Source: a virus. From it: DNA of 64,000 nucleotides. Below, one piece after another: positions 38,629 to 49,016 of this stretch. Position 1 is the first letter of the stretch. Each line of letters starts with the position of its first letter. The DNA lies in IMG/VR virus record IMGVR_UViG_2852885154_000004; one strand, given 5' to 3'. Made by a program: the position numbers and the translations under genes. A model generated the notes under the pieces. It ran no database searches, had not been told where the DNA came from, and saw nothing but the letters and a program-made list of their open reading frames with translations.

Positions 38629-40088
38629 TAATCTGATACCTATGTCAAGGACAATATAAAAAAGAGTGTTAAGCGCATAAAAGATGGTTTCTGTATTGAA
38701 CAGGAGTCATCTTTTTCAAATCCCATTTATACCTATAATTGTTATAATATATTATATACTTGTCTATTTTCCTTTTAAGCTCCTCAAAAGTTTTGCATAT
38801 TTTTGTTTTAACAGAATCTTTTAAGTGTCCGAAAAAAGATTCTTGAGGTGCATTGTCCCAACAGTTTCCACGTCGTGACATTGACTGTCCTAAGCGTCTT
38901 TTCTTTAATAAATCTTGAAAAATAGGACTTGTATAATGGCATCCCTGATCGGAATGGACGAAGGCATTTTCATGCAACTTGACTCTTCACTGCTTCATTA
39001 GTTTACCAATTGTTTCAGTTGCTATATCAATTGTAATTCTTTTAGATATGTGATGAGCTAATACCTCACCAGTTGATGCGTCCAGAATGGTCGATAAATA
39101 GGCCATATTGTTTCCGTTGTATGGCAAGTATGTAATGTCAGTTAGTAATACTTTTCCAGGTATCTCTTGTTTGAAGTTTCTTTCTAAAATATTAGGGAAT
39201 GTTCTATGCTCTTTAGTAGCTTTGGCCATCTGCTTATATGGGTTTGCTTTTCTATGGGGACATATAATATTATACTTCTTCATTATTCTTTGTATTTTCT
39301 TAAGACTATAAACTGTATTAAATTCATTCTCTAAAATCATTTTTATAGAGCGAGAACCTTTCTTATATCCACGGCGATTAAATGCTTTTAGGATAATATT
39401 CTTGGCTTTTAAATCATTCTTTTCACGAGCTATTCTATTTTCTTTTGAATTAATATAATTGTAAAATCCCGATCGTGAAACAGCTAACAGCTCACAGAAA
39501 TATCCTGTTAAGTTTTTAAATTTGTTTTCTTTTATTGTAATATGTATTAATTTAAATATATCAGAAGTTTTTAGATTCTTACTTTTGTTTATCAACAACC
39601 TTTCTGTCACGTCTAATTTTTTTAGCAGTTCTACCTGCGATTCAAGCAACTTTATTTTTGCTTCTTGTCTTTCGATTATTTCTTCTTTACTCAATTCTCT
39701 TGAACGAGGACGCCCGCTAGTGCGCTTTCGGCTATCATCTAATCCTAAAATTCCATCTTTGTCATATAAAGTCTTCCATCTAGCAGCTGATTGTTCAATT
39801 CTTTTCAACCCTATTATATTAATATCAAATCCATTTTCAGCAAATATTTCTCTAGGCAGTTTGCCAGATGTGTATTCTTCAATAAAGAGTCTTTTGAATT
39901 CATCTGTATATGTTATTGAGCGTTCACTAACTCTAAGAATATTAACATTTTTCTTTAAGTTTATAATGTCCTCTTTAGTAAATAAAATCTTACTCATGTT
40001 CATCCTCCGTTGTTATTTCTATTATATAAAAAAACACCTACAGACTAAACACTTTTTTTCATGTGTCCAGTCTATAGGTATCATTTTA
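38629..40088 (-). mobile_element. IS3-family insertion sequence with 3-bp target duplication (TAT)
   Basis: Imperfect terminal IRs TAATCTGATACCTATGTCAAGGACA / TAAAATGATACCTATAGACTGGACA; TAT at 38626-38628 and 40089-40091. Confidence 0.85.
38669..40003 (-). pseudogene. IS3 transposase with in-frame nonsense codon
   Basis: TDITY / HSDQG / DNAPQESFF DDE motifs lie in one frame broken by TGA at 38987-38989. Confidence 0.85.
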
Positions 40089-40562
40089 TATGTACGGTCC
40101 CTTTCTTTATTAAAAATTATAGTAATCTATAACACTATGTAATTATTTTTTTTACTTTTGGGTTTTAATAAAAAAGCAGCAGTTAAAGCTCTCCTAACTA
40201 CTGCTATTAATACAGTAATGAATAAAGGGAATAAAGATTTCTCCCTACTCCCTTTATTTCGAAATGCTTAAATGAGCACCCAACATATTCTCTTAACTCT
40301 CTCAATTACATCATAACATATTTTAACAAAAGTCAAACTACTTTCTATTTAATTTACACACTTTCCTTTATTTGTAATATATTAGTTATATAATAGTATT
40401 TCCTAAAAAACTAGTAGTCTCAACAGTACTGGCATAATATTAATTCACAAAAAGCGGTAATTAGATTCCTTCTAGTTGCTGCTTTTACTTTTTTCATACA
40501 ATGATATTTAAGGAATGTTATTTAAATTTGATGCCATACTAAGTATGAAAGGTGGCTTTGAA

Positions 40563-40883
40563 ATGAAAAAAATTATAGCTGTATTATTAATTTTATTATG
40601 TGTTTTTCCTGCTCTAGCTTTAGCTGATCCTACTCCAAGCAATATATACAAGCAAGGCGTATATACCCCAGACGATTTAAAAAACTTCGCTATAAACACT
40701 AATACATATAATGTTCAAAATGTTTCAACTGATAAAAATGCTTATATAGTTATATTCGATAAAAATTTTCTTGCGGTTCAAGCTTTATATTTATCTCCTA
40801 ACTCACAAAAATATAATTTAATTCCATTTAAAGCTGATTACAGAATTGTAATCGTTGGTGATGGTGATGTATACATTTCATAA
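40563..40883 (+). CDS. Secreted hypothetical protein
   Basis: Signal peptide ending ALA; YKQGVY motif. Confidence 0.65.
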   Translation: MKKIIAVLLILLCVFPALALADPTPSNIYKQGVYTPDDLKNFAINTNTYNVQNVSTDKNAYIVIFDKNFLAVQALYLSPNSQKYNLIPFKADYRIVIVGDGDVYIS

Positions 40884-40935
40884 AAATAGAAGAAAATCAT
40901 ATCATTAAATCTAATACCCTAAATGGAGGATTATA

Positions 40936-41979
40936 ATGTGGATATTAAAAAAAGTATTAGTTATAGTACTATTAATGAATATTACAGTAAAATTTATTAA
41001 AATTAGTACATTTTACGACCTAAATTTAAACAATAAAAATATAACAAATGTTGCCGTATTACTATATACATTCGATCCATTTATGTCATCACTTAAACAA
41101 AGTTTAGAAAATATCCAAAAGGATAATTCTGATAAAATCAAATTTACTTTTTTTGATGGAAAAAACAATATAGCGCTACAAAATGAAACAATAGATTACG
41201 TTTCTCAAAATGATTTCGATTTAATTTTGGCAAACCTAGCTGATACAAGTGAAAACTTTGTTGAAGATATTATTTTTAAAGTTAAATCAAAAAATCTTCC
41301 AATAGTTTTTTTAGATGTAGATCCGGAAGTAGTGTCTAAAGTTTCTAAATATTATGATAAAGCTGCTTTTATACTGGCAAATTCTGATTTAGCTGGCACT
41401 GTTCAAGGTAATATTCTAGTTAATCTATGGAATGCTGATAAGAGTGCACTAGATAAAAATAATGATAACATTCTACAATATGTTCTATTACATGGTCAAG
41501 CTAAAGATCCAGTCACAATCGACAGAACAAAATATGCTATTTCAACAATTAGTAATTCAGGGATAAATATAGAACAATTAGCATTAGTAAATGCTAATTG
41601 GCTTAAGACCTTATCTAAAGATTCTATTGAATCCTTATTTCTTAGATATGATGGTAAAATTGAGGCAATAATTTCAAATAATGATGATATGGCAATAGGG
41701 GCAGTTGAGGCACTTCAAAAATACGGCTATAATAAGGGTGAAAAATCAAAAAATATAGCTGTTGTTGGAATTGATGGAATTCCTGAAGCAAAATCTCTAA
41801 TTGATAAAGGATTTATGACTGGTACTGTTATTCAAGACCCTAAAGTTTTAGCAGAAGTATTCTATAATGTTGGAATGAATTTAGTTAACAATTTAAGTCC
41901 TACTGAAAATACAAACTATAATGTTGTTGATGGAGAAATTATAGTTCCGTTCCCTTACGAGGAATATATAAAAAAATGA
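40936..41979 (+). CDS. Galactose/glucose-type ABC solute-binding protein (MglB-like)
   Basis: SNNDDMAIGAVEAL, VVGIDG, MTGTVIQD. Confidence 0.82.
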   Translation: MWILKKVLVIVLLMNITVKFIKISTFYDLNLNNKNITNVAVLLYTFDPFMSSLKQSLENIQKDNSDKIKFTFFDGKNNIALQNETIDYVSQNDFDLILANLADTSENFVEDIIFKVKSKNLPIVFLDVDPEVVSKVSKYYDKAAFILANSDLAGTVQGNILVNLWNADKSALDKNNDNILQYVLLHGQAKDPVTIDRTKYAISTISNSGINIEQLALVNANWLKTLSKDSIESLFLRYDGKIEAIISNNDDMAIGAVEALQKYGYNKGEKSKNIAVVGIDGIPEAKSLIDKGFMTGTVIQDPKVLAEVFYNVGMNLVNNLSPTENTNYNVVDGEIIVPFPYEEYIKK

Positions 41980-42226
41980 ATCGTTTTAATACAATTGTGA
42001 TGAATTTCTTTGCTAATTTAAAAAGTGCCTTTACGTAATAAGTTAATCGGAATATTTCAGTAACATTTTCCAAATACTATAATATATTAAAGTGATATGA
42101 GCAATTATATTGTTGTATATTTCTCCATGCCTCAAAAAGATTTCATTATCTACCCTCATTAAATATTCTAAAAAAGCAGTAGTTGGATTACTCCTATCTA
42201 CTGCTAACATATATCAGTTCTTTAAT

Positions 42227-43066
42227 TTACACAATATTATTCTTATCTAATCCATTTTCTTTAAGAATTGCGTACATCGTTCCATCTGCTTTCATCTCAT
42301 CAATCTTTTCATTTAGTACGTTTAGTAGAGTATTATCATTTTTTCTAACAGCTATTCCTACATTCCCTATTAGTTCCGGGCTATAATCATCTAGCGTCTT
42401 TAAAAAAAGATTCGTATTATCTTTTAAATCTTTGTTTACAACAAGTGAATCTGCTATACCAGCATCTATTTTCCCATTGTTTATTGAATCTAGCAATTCA
42501 GATATGCTTTGAAAAATTTCTATGTCTTTTATTAAGCCAGCAGTCTTCCATTTTTGAGCTAATTCTAAGTATATAGTTCCTTTTTCTACTCCAACTACTG
42601 CATTTTTCAAATCTTCTTTGAAATTAATTTTTGATGCCTTTGGAACTATAACTGCCTCTGTTTCCGCATATAATGGATGAGTAAAGGATGCTTCTTTCTC
42701 TCTCTCTGGAATTATATACATTCCACCAGATGCTATATCTATATTTTCGTCAGTTTTTAATCTTTGTAATAATTCTGAAAACACTGTGCTTTTAAAATCA
42801 ACTTTATTAATTTTAAGCCTATTTGAAATTTCATTTATTATATCTGCGTCAATGCCTCTTACCTTTTGAGTGTTAATATCTAAAAAATAGAACGGTGGAT
42901 CACTTGAGGCAGCTGCAACAGTAAGATTTCCTTTTTCTTTTATAGTTTGCAATCTATCTTTTTCAATTAAATTATCAACTCTGACAACTTCATTAATGTT
43001 TACAGTAAACCCAATTATCCTGCAAATGAAATTTACAATAACAATTAAAGCAACTATTTTCTTCAT
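42227..43066 (-). CDS. Amino-acid ABC solute-binding protein
   Basis: PPF..GIDADI, VGVEKGT, IAVRK, EMKADGT. Confidence 0.85.
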   Translation of the reverse strand: MKKIVALIVIVNFICRIIGFTVNINEVVRVDNLIEKDRLQTIKEKGNLTVAAASSDPPFYFLDINTQKVRGIDADIINEISNRLKINKVDFKSTVFSELLQRLKTDENIDIASGGMYIIPEREKEASFTHPLYAETEAVIVPKASKINFKEDLKNAVVGVEKGTIYLELAQKWKTAGLIKDIEIFQSISELLDSINNGKIDAGIADSLVVNKDLKDNTNLFLKTLDDYSPELIGNVGIAVRKNDNTLLNVLNEKIDEMKADGTMYAILKENGLDKNNIV

Positions 43067-43183
43067 AACTAAAATTTTCCTCCTGATTAGACTAACTATT
43101 TTACCGTTAGTTTCTCTAGCAAACTTTAAATTATTCTCGTTTCAGAAAATAAAAGGCACAGGATTACTCCCATGCCCTAGAAA

Positions 43184-43969
43184 CTACTTTATATCATAAA
43201 ACCAACTTCCCAAAGTTTCTTTTAATTCTAGGCATTTGCTCATAGGTAAGTTTTGAGTCTCTATCCATACGCCCTTCTCATTGCCTCTAAAATAACACCT
43301 AACATCTTTAAAATATTTGAGAACATAATCAGAATCAACACCTTCAAATTCATTATTTCCTTGGTAACCATTAGGTAAATAGTTTGTAACAGCATATCCA
43401 GTAGTTTTATTTAATATTCCTTCATTAAACTCATTCATATCGCAATCAATATTTATTCCACTTACTGATCCTGTTTCACTATATTGATGTCCTACTCTAT
43501 TAGTGAAGAAATTAGAATTTAATTTCCATGGAGTATTGTTATAATTTGCTTCCCATAATGGACAATCTGCAATTCTATTATCTAAATTATCCATAAAACT
43601 AGTGTAAGTATAAATACCTATTTGCATATTAGACAACTCTTTGAATTTAGCAATGAATCTTAATATATAGTCCATTAGACCATCAAAATTAGTTTCTACA
43701 TCCAGCATAGGAATTAGATCATTAGCTTTATCCTTAATAGCATTATAAAAACTATTTGCTTGAGTTTCTGGTGCGCTAGTTCCAACTAAGAAATGATAGA
43801 ATCCTGTTGTTAATCCTGCGTAATGTGCATTAGAATAGTTAGTGTCTAAATAACTGTCTTTAAAAGTTGTCCCTTCTGTAGCCTTAATATAGACAGCTTC
43901 TATTCCCGCTGCTTTTACCTGGTTAAAATTTATATTTCCGTTATGATTACTTACATCTATACCTTTCAT
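43184..43969 (-). CDS. Endolysin, GH25 muramidase
   Basis: GIDVSNHNG, KATEG, GFYHF, LDVE. Confidence 0.92.
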   Translation of the reverse strand: MKGIDVSNHNGNINFNQVKAAGIEAVYIKATEGTTFKDSYLDTNYSNAHYAGLTTGFYHFLVGTSAPETQANSFYNAIKDKANDLIPMLDVETNFDGLMDYILRFIAKFKELSNMQIGIYTYTSFMDNLDNRIADCPLWEANYNNTPWKLNSNFFTNRVGHQYSETGSVSGINIDCDMNEFNEGILNKTTGYAVTNYLPNGYQGNNEFEGVDSDYVLKYFKDVRCYFRGNEKGVWIETQNLPMSKCLELKETLGSWFYDIK

Positions 43970-44032
43970 TTATATCTTCCTTTCTTATTTTAAATATACA
44001 AATAAGAGTAACCTATAAAGGCTACTCTAAAA

Positions 44033-44488
44033 TTAAGCTGTTACTTGTTGTGTACTTACATCAGTAGGTTTTACTAATAACTCTTGAACTTTATTAAATT
44101 GTTCTGTTAATGCTGCTAATTCAGCTTTTAGATTTGTATTATCATCCTGCAACTGCTTAATTAAGGTAGAATTATCTACAACTGCTGCTTTACCTTGATT
44201 TATTTCACCAGCTATTGTTTGTCTAATTTCTGACACATCATCTTGGCTTAATTCTGGAAACTTAGCTAGTAGTAATTTATCAAACTGATCTGCCTTAGAT
44301 AATACCTTTTCCTCTACAGTTTTGCTTATTCTAAAATTCTCATCTACTATGTTCCAAATAGCTTTTCCTACAGTAACATAATTTTTGTTCTTTAATATTT
44401 TTTCTTCAATTCCACTTTTAATTAATTTACTTTCTAATACCTTAATTATTAACTTTAATGCTGTTCTTATCATTTTCCATACCTCCAA
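44033..44488 (-). CDS. Lysis-module protein (holin-like)
   Basis: Between XhlA-like gene and endolysin. Confidence 0.5.
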   Translation of the reverse strand: MEVWKMIRTALKLIIKVLESKLIKSGIEEKILKNKNYVTVGKAIWNIVDENFRISKTVEEKVLSKADQFDKLLLAKFPELSQDDVSEIRQTIAGEINQGKAAVVDNSTLIKQLQDDNTNLKAELAALTEQFNKVQELLVKPTDVSTQQVTA

Positions 44489-44725
44489 TTATTTATTAAA
44501 TATTCCTGTTTGAACTGCATAAAAAAAGAAGCTAATTAAAGCTCCTCCCATTGCAGTTATAAACCACTTCATCATACTAGTTAAGTTTTTCAGATTTTCA
44601 CATAAGTTCTTTAATTCTGTCTTTAGTTCCCTCCCATCCTGTTCAAGCTTATCAAGCCTATCGCCATGATTATTAAGCCTTTTGTCATGAGTTTCTATTT
44701 TGTCTCTTATTAATTCTTCATTCAT
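44489..44725 (-). CDS. XhlA-like holin
   Basis: Coiled coil plus C-terminal TM (KWFITAMGGALISFFFYA). Confidence 0.8.
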   Translation of the reverse strand: MNEELIRDKIETHDKRLNNHGDRLDKLEQDGRELKTELKNLCENLKNLTSMMKWFITAMGGALISFFFYAVQTGIFNK

Positions 44726-44805
44726 ATTACACCTACTTTAGCTCAAATTTTTTATATACACAAAAAAACACCTACATTTCTGCAAGTGTTCTAATATACA
44801 TTTTT

Positions 44806-45876
44806 TTAATATTTTCTTATCTCATAAGATGTTATTTGATCATGTACAACATCTTCTTCTACTGAGATGCTAGAGTTAACTGTCTTATTAAATTCATATG
44901 TAAGTTTATTCTCAAACTCTGATTTAGTATTATACCATTGTTTGAATTTACTCACTTCTGAATATGAAACATCAAAAACTTTGGTTTCTCCATCTGTTAA
45001 ATTTATTATTAATATTGCTTTTGAATTATCTGGTTCATTTGGTTCAGTAGTATCTTTCTTAGTTACATTTATTGTGCAGAAATCACTTAGGTTACTTCCG
45101 TCATTTATAGTAGCTGTTATAATACACGTTCCTTCTTCAACTGCTGTAACTTTACCTGTCGAATCAACTGTTGCTATTGATTCGTCACTTGATTTCCATA
45201 TAACTTGAGCTCCTGCTGGAGTTGTTGTAGCAACTAAATTATCTGTTTGTCCTACTTGTAAGTTATCTGTAGATTTATTTAATGAAATACTTGAAATATT
45301 TTCATTGTATGACTTTAACTCTCCATTTCTATCTATGTCTATTGCATCAAAATAAATTCCCCCTGAATCCTCTACCCCTTTTATACAAACATAATGTTCC
45401 TTATAATCCAAATCTGTTTTAACAAATGATACATTCTGAAATCGCCCAGGGGTACTAGAGAAATTATCAGTTATTTTACCTACATCTTTATTATCTATAT
45501 ATACTTCAAACCCTTTTGAATCCGGACGTGCTAGTGTTATAATGATTAACTTGTCTCCAGTAAAGTTAAATTTAATCGTATTTCCTACAGGTATACGTTG
45601 CATACTTAAATTATAATGCCCTTGAGTTTTTGTTGTATACAAGCTTATCAAGCTATAAGTTATTTTTGAATTTGTATCATCATACCTTTTCCATCCCTTT
45701 TCAGGCTCTGTTAATTGATCTCCAATTTTGGCACTATTTTCATCTGTATTATTTAAATTAGTAGTTCCGATTTCAAAACCATCCGTTGGAGCTGCAAAAG
45801 CAGTAGTAACGGATCCCAACATTAATATCAAAGACATCACAAACATTATACTAAACTTCTTAAAGTAATTTTTCAT
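44806..45876 (-). CDS. Secreted Ig-like (Big_2) protein
   Basis: Signal peptide; GWKRYDDT domain; WKSSDESIATVDSTGKVTA. Confidence 0.85.
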   Translation of the reverse strand: MKNYFKKFSIMFVMSLILMLGSVTTAFAAPTDGFEIGTTNLNNTDENSAKIGDQLTEPEKGWKRYDDTNSKITYSLISLYTTKTQGHYNLSMQRIPVGNTIKFNFTGDKLIIITLARPDSKGFEVYIDNKDVGKITDNFSSTPGRFQNVSFVKTDLDYKEHYVCIKGVEDSGGIYFDAIDIDRNGELKSYNENISSISLNKSTDNLQVGQTDNLVATTTPAGAQVIWKSSDESIATVDSTGKVTAVEEGTCIITATINDGSNLSDFCTINVTKKDTTEPNEPDNSKAILIINLTDGETKVFDVSYSEVSKFKQWYNTKSEFENKLTYEFNKTVNSSISVEEDVVHDQITSYEIRKY

Positions 45877-45917
45877 TTATCATTTCCCCCTCATCGTGAT
45901 TCCAATCAATCATATGC

Positions 45918-47090
45918 TTATAGAACTACAGTTGCAGGTATTTTTATTGTAACTGTTGCACCTGGAGCAATATCACCAACATTAACTATAATATTTTTAG
46001 ATGTTGAACTTGGATCAACTGTACCTTGAGTTGTTGTTATTCCATTCACTACAAAATCAATATGATTAGGGGCTGGATCATTTACTACTACTGCTTTAGC
46101 TGTCTTTGTACCAGTATTAGTTACTACTATAGTATATGTAAAATTATCTCCTACCCATACTTCCTTTACATCTGCTGTTTTTACTACACTCAATATAGTA
46201 TCAGCTGCTCCATGGAATATAATTGTAACATCTCCGCCAGCATTATTAGTGTTATCTCCTTTTGCATGAGCAATATTAACTATTTTATCTGAATCCGATG
46301 GATCTGGATTTGTTGGTTCAGCAGTTTTTGGAATTACAGTTACCACACATGTTGCAGTTAAACCATCAGCAGTTGTTGCTGTTATTACTGTTTGCCCTTC
46401 TTTTAGAGCTGTGACTTTACCAGTTGAGTCTACTGTAGCTATTGATTCATCTGATGAACTCCAGTTTACTGTTGCTCCAGATGGCGTCGTTGTAGTTGCC
46501 AATGATTGTGAATCTCCTACAACTAAATCCATTGATGACTTATCCAATGATATTGATTCATTAGACGATAATAAATATCCATCCTTATCAATGTCAATTG
46601 CATCTAGATGAAAGTCAGCACTAAATGAACCATTATCAATTTTAGTTATGTTTACAGTATGGATAGCTAATGGTAATGAAGTTTTTTCATACAAGAGCAT
46701 TTGTAATGCTGACTTTGAAGTCGTTTCTGTGTAATAATCTGATATTCCGTCTATAGTTATTTGAATTTTATCAGAATAACCTAAATAAAGAGGATTAATT
46801 ATTCTAAGTTTTGTTCCATAAAACTTGAAACTTATAGTACCATTTGATTTATTTGTGGTGTAATGCAAAGTTTCATTATAGCATCCACCATCTGTAGTAT
46901 TAATAAACTCTTGGCTGTATTGTATTTTGGAGTCCGTATCATCATATCTTTTCCATCCATCTTCTGGCTGAGTTAATTGTTGTCCAACAGTAGCTGCATT
47001 CGCTACATTTCCATTTTGAATCGTTCCGATACCTAAAACGGCTAATAACATAATAAGCATTATACTAAACTTTTTAAAGTAATTTTTCAT
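45918..47090 (-). CDS. Secreted Big_2 plus DUF11-like protein
   Basis: Same N-terminus and domains as neighbour; KTAD...GDNFTYTIVVTNTG. Confidence 0.85.
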   Translation of the reverse strand: MKNYFKKFSIMLIMLLAVLGIGTIQNGNVANAATVGQQLTQPEDGWKRYDDTDSKIQYSQEFINTTDGGCYNETLHYTTNKSNGTISFKFYGTKLRIINPLYLGYSDKIQITIDGISDYYTETTSKSALQMLLYEKTSLPLAIHTVNITKIDNGSFSADFHLDAIDIDKDGYLLSSNESISLDKSSMDLVVGDSQSLATTTTPSGATVNWSSSDESIATVDSTGKVTALKEGQTVITATTADGLTATCVVTVIPKTAEPTNPDPSDSDKIVNIAHAKGDNTNNAGGDVTIIFHGAADTILSVVKTADVKEVWVGDNFTYTIVVTNTGTKTAKAVVVNDPAPNHIDFVVNGITTTQGTVDPSSTSKNIIVNVGDIAPGATVTIKIPATVVL

Positions 47091-47129
47091 TTATCATTTC
47101 TCCCTTATTAAATAATTTGAATAATAAAT

Positions 47130-47141
47130 GAACGCGCGTTC
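47130..47141. promoter_or_regulatory. LexA (SOS) box
   Basis: Perfect palindrome GAAC-GCGC-GTTC about 40 bp upstream of the start at 47090. Confidence 0.65.
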
Positions 47142-47349
47142 TTTTCTCTATATTTATAGTAACTGCTCTACCAATTTAATCCAAGTAAAATCGTAATACA
47201 AATTCTTTCATATATTCAAAATCAAGTAATTTTTTACAAATATAAATATAATCTTTCTAAAGACAATACTTTTAAATAAGCAATAAAAAAACACCTAATT
47301 GGGTGCTAATATAGTACTTATATTCTTTTATTTACTACATCCTATTTTC

Positions 47350-47523
47350 CTATGATGCAGCGCTTTCTGTAGTTGAATCTTCTTCAATTCCCATATCTAC
47401 AAGAACTAATTTTACTTGCTCTTGTAAATTTAAAAGTTTAGGAACATCCTTATATTCATAAGTACCGCCTACTATTAACGTTACCCATACTTTTACACAT
47501 CCACTATTTTTGTTAAATTGCAT
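47350..47523 (-). CDS. Small tail-associated protein
   Basis: VWVTLIVGGTYEYKDVPKL; typical position after fibre chaperone. Confidence 0.6.
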   Translation of the reverse strand: MQFNKNSGCVKVWVTLIVGGTYEYKDVPKLLNLQEQVKLVLVDMGIEEDSTTESAAS

Positions 47524-47557
47524 TTTAAACACTCTCCTTAAAATTAAATTTATTATA

Positions 47558-47830
47558 TTAAGCATTGTTTTTTCCCATTGCTACTATACTTGTTAGCTCT
47601 GCATTTGCTTGTGCTAAGTCATTTACTTGTTCCTTTAAAAGTTCTAATTCTGATTTAGGTATATCTTCAAATATTGCTTCTTTTGTTTCAATATTTACTG
47701 ACTTTATTATTTTTCCATCTGGAACTTCACAAGATAAATTTGTTAATATGTTATCTTCTAATTCAGTTCCACCTGATTGTGTAAATAATATTTCTCCTGT
47801 ATTTTTATTGTATATTGCTAATTTTTTCAT
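47558..47830 (-). CDS. Tail fibre assembly-associated protein
   Basis: Follows tail fibre; C-terminal coiled coil. Confidence 0.55.
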   Translation of the reverse strand: MKKLAIYNKNTGEILFTQSGGTELEDNILTNLSCEVPDGKIIKSVNIETKEAIFEDIPKSELELLKEQVNDLAQANAELTSIVAMGKNNA

Positions 47831-47857
47831 TGATTTTCACCTTCCCTTTACTTAATG

Positions 47858-49003
47858 CTAACTAAATTTCCATGCATGCCAACTACCTGATAATTTAAAA
47901 CTACTGGCCGAATCATTGTACCAGTATATTACCTGATTGCTTATATAAAACCAAAAATTGTCTGGACTTGAACTAAATCCTGGGAAAATAACATAAGCCC
48001 CTTTTGGTGAAGTTTGTAACCAAAGTATTAAATCTGGTACGAAATTTAAAGATATATTATAGCTATAAGAAGTGTGATTTGAACTAGTTCCTGAATATCT
48101 CGGTATTGTGTAATCCAATGCACCAGATACATGTTGATAAGTTGATGCTGTCCCAACAATACTCTTACCATTCCAACCAATATTTACACCGTTAACTATA
48201 TTCCACGGCATTAAATTCGGAATATGTAGTCTGTTTGTGCCGGTACCTGAATAGTACCCCTTTGGAATATAAAGATCAAATGCACCTACATATTCATTAG
48301 TGGCAACACCACCACAAATTCCAGAACTGTTGTAAAAGTCACCCGAATCTGCTCCTCCTATATTAATTGCACTTGTCATATTATCAAGAGTTCCAAGCTT
48401 TTTAACTCCATCATCATATCCACTATATCCTTTTAGCAAATATTGAGAATCTAATAATGCATCTGCTGTATCTACAATAGAAGATTTACCTGTAACGCCA
48501 TCTATAGTAATACCTGCTCTTATATTTCCTGGAACTAATAAAGATAAATCAAGACCTCCAACTATACCATTATCATTATCATTACTAAAAGTTTTATTTT
48601 TACGTACATCAGATGCTAGTGCAGTACCTTCTGCACTAGCTTTGATAAAAAAACAATCACCGGTTGAATTATACCAAACCGTATATGCCTTTCCTGATAT
48701 CAAGTTTGGTGATGTTGTTGTTCCTGGTTTATATAATTTTTTACCATTTATAGTTGTTGCAGCTCCCCCATTGTTTGCACTTGCTATAAAAGTTATTGGA
48801 TATCCATTTACTAACGTTCCTTTGATTGCAAGTGTTATTGCTGTAGCTGAACCTCCTGCTGTCTGATACACAATATCTGACAAGTGCGTCTCGTGTTCTT
48901 TCATTACAGAATCAATTTTTGTAAAGTTATCTACAAAATCTTGCCTTTTAACATTGTCAGTTCCTTCAAATAATTTAAGTCCATAATTACTTGATAATTG
49001 CAT
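47858..49003 (-). CDS. Tail fibre/receptor-binding protein
   Basis: NFTKID anchor; PGNIRAGITIDGVTG repeats. Confidence 0.75.
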   Translation of the reverse strand: MQLSSNYGLKLFEGTDNVKRQDFVDNFTKIDSVMKEHETHLSDIVYQTAGGSATAITLAIKGTLVNGYPITFIASANNGGAATTINGKKLYKPGTTTSPNLISGKAYTVWYNSTGDCFFIKASAEGTALASDVRKNKTFSNDNDNGIVGGLDLSLLVPGNIRAGITIDGVTGKSSIVDTADALLDSQYLLKGYSGYDDGVKKLGTLDNMTSAINIGGADSGDFYNSSGICGGVATNEYVGAFDLYIPKGYYSGTGTNRLHIPNLMPWNIVNGVNIGWNGKSIVGTASTYQHVSGALDYTIPRYSGTSSNHTSYSYNISLNFVPDLILWLQTSPKGAYVIFPGFSSSPDNFWFYISNQVIYWYNDSASSFKLSGSWHAWKFS

Positions 49004-49016
49004 TTAATCATCCTCC

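Noticed and set aside
38975..38990. IS3 programmed frameshift between the two transposase ORFs
   Set aside because: Both ORFs are in the same frame, separated by a stop codon.
47091..47350. c-di-GMP riboswitch upstream of the Ig-like genes
   Set aside because: No matching aptamer motifs; only a LexA box is evident.
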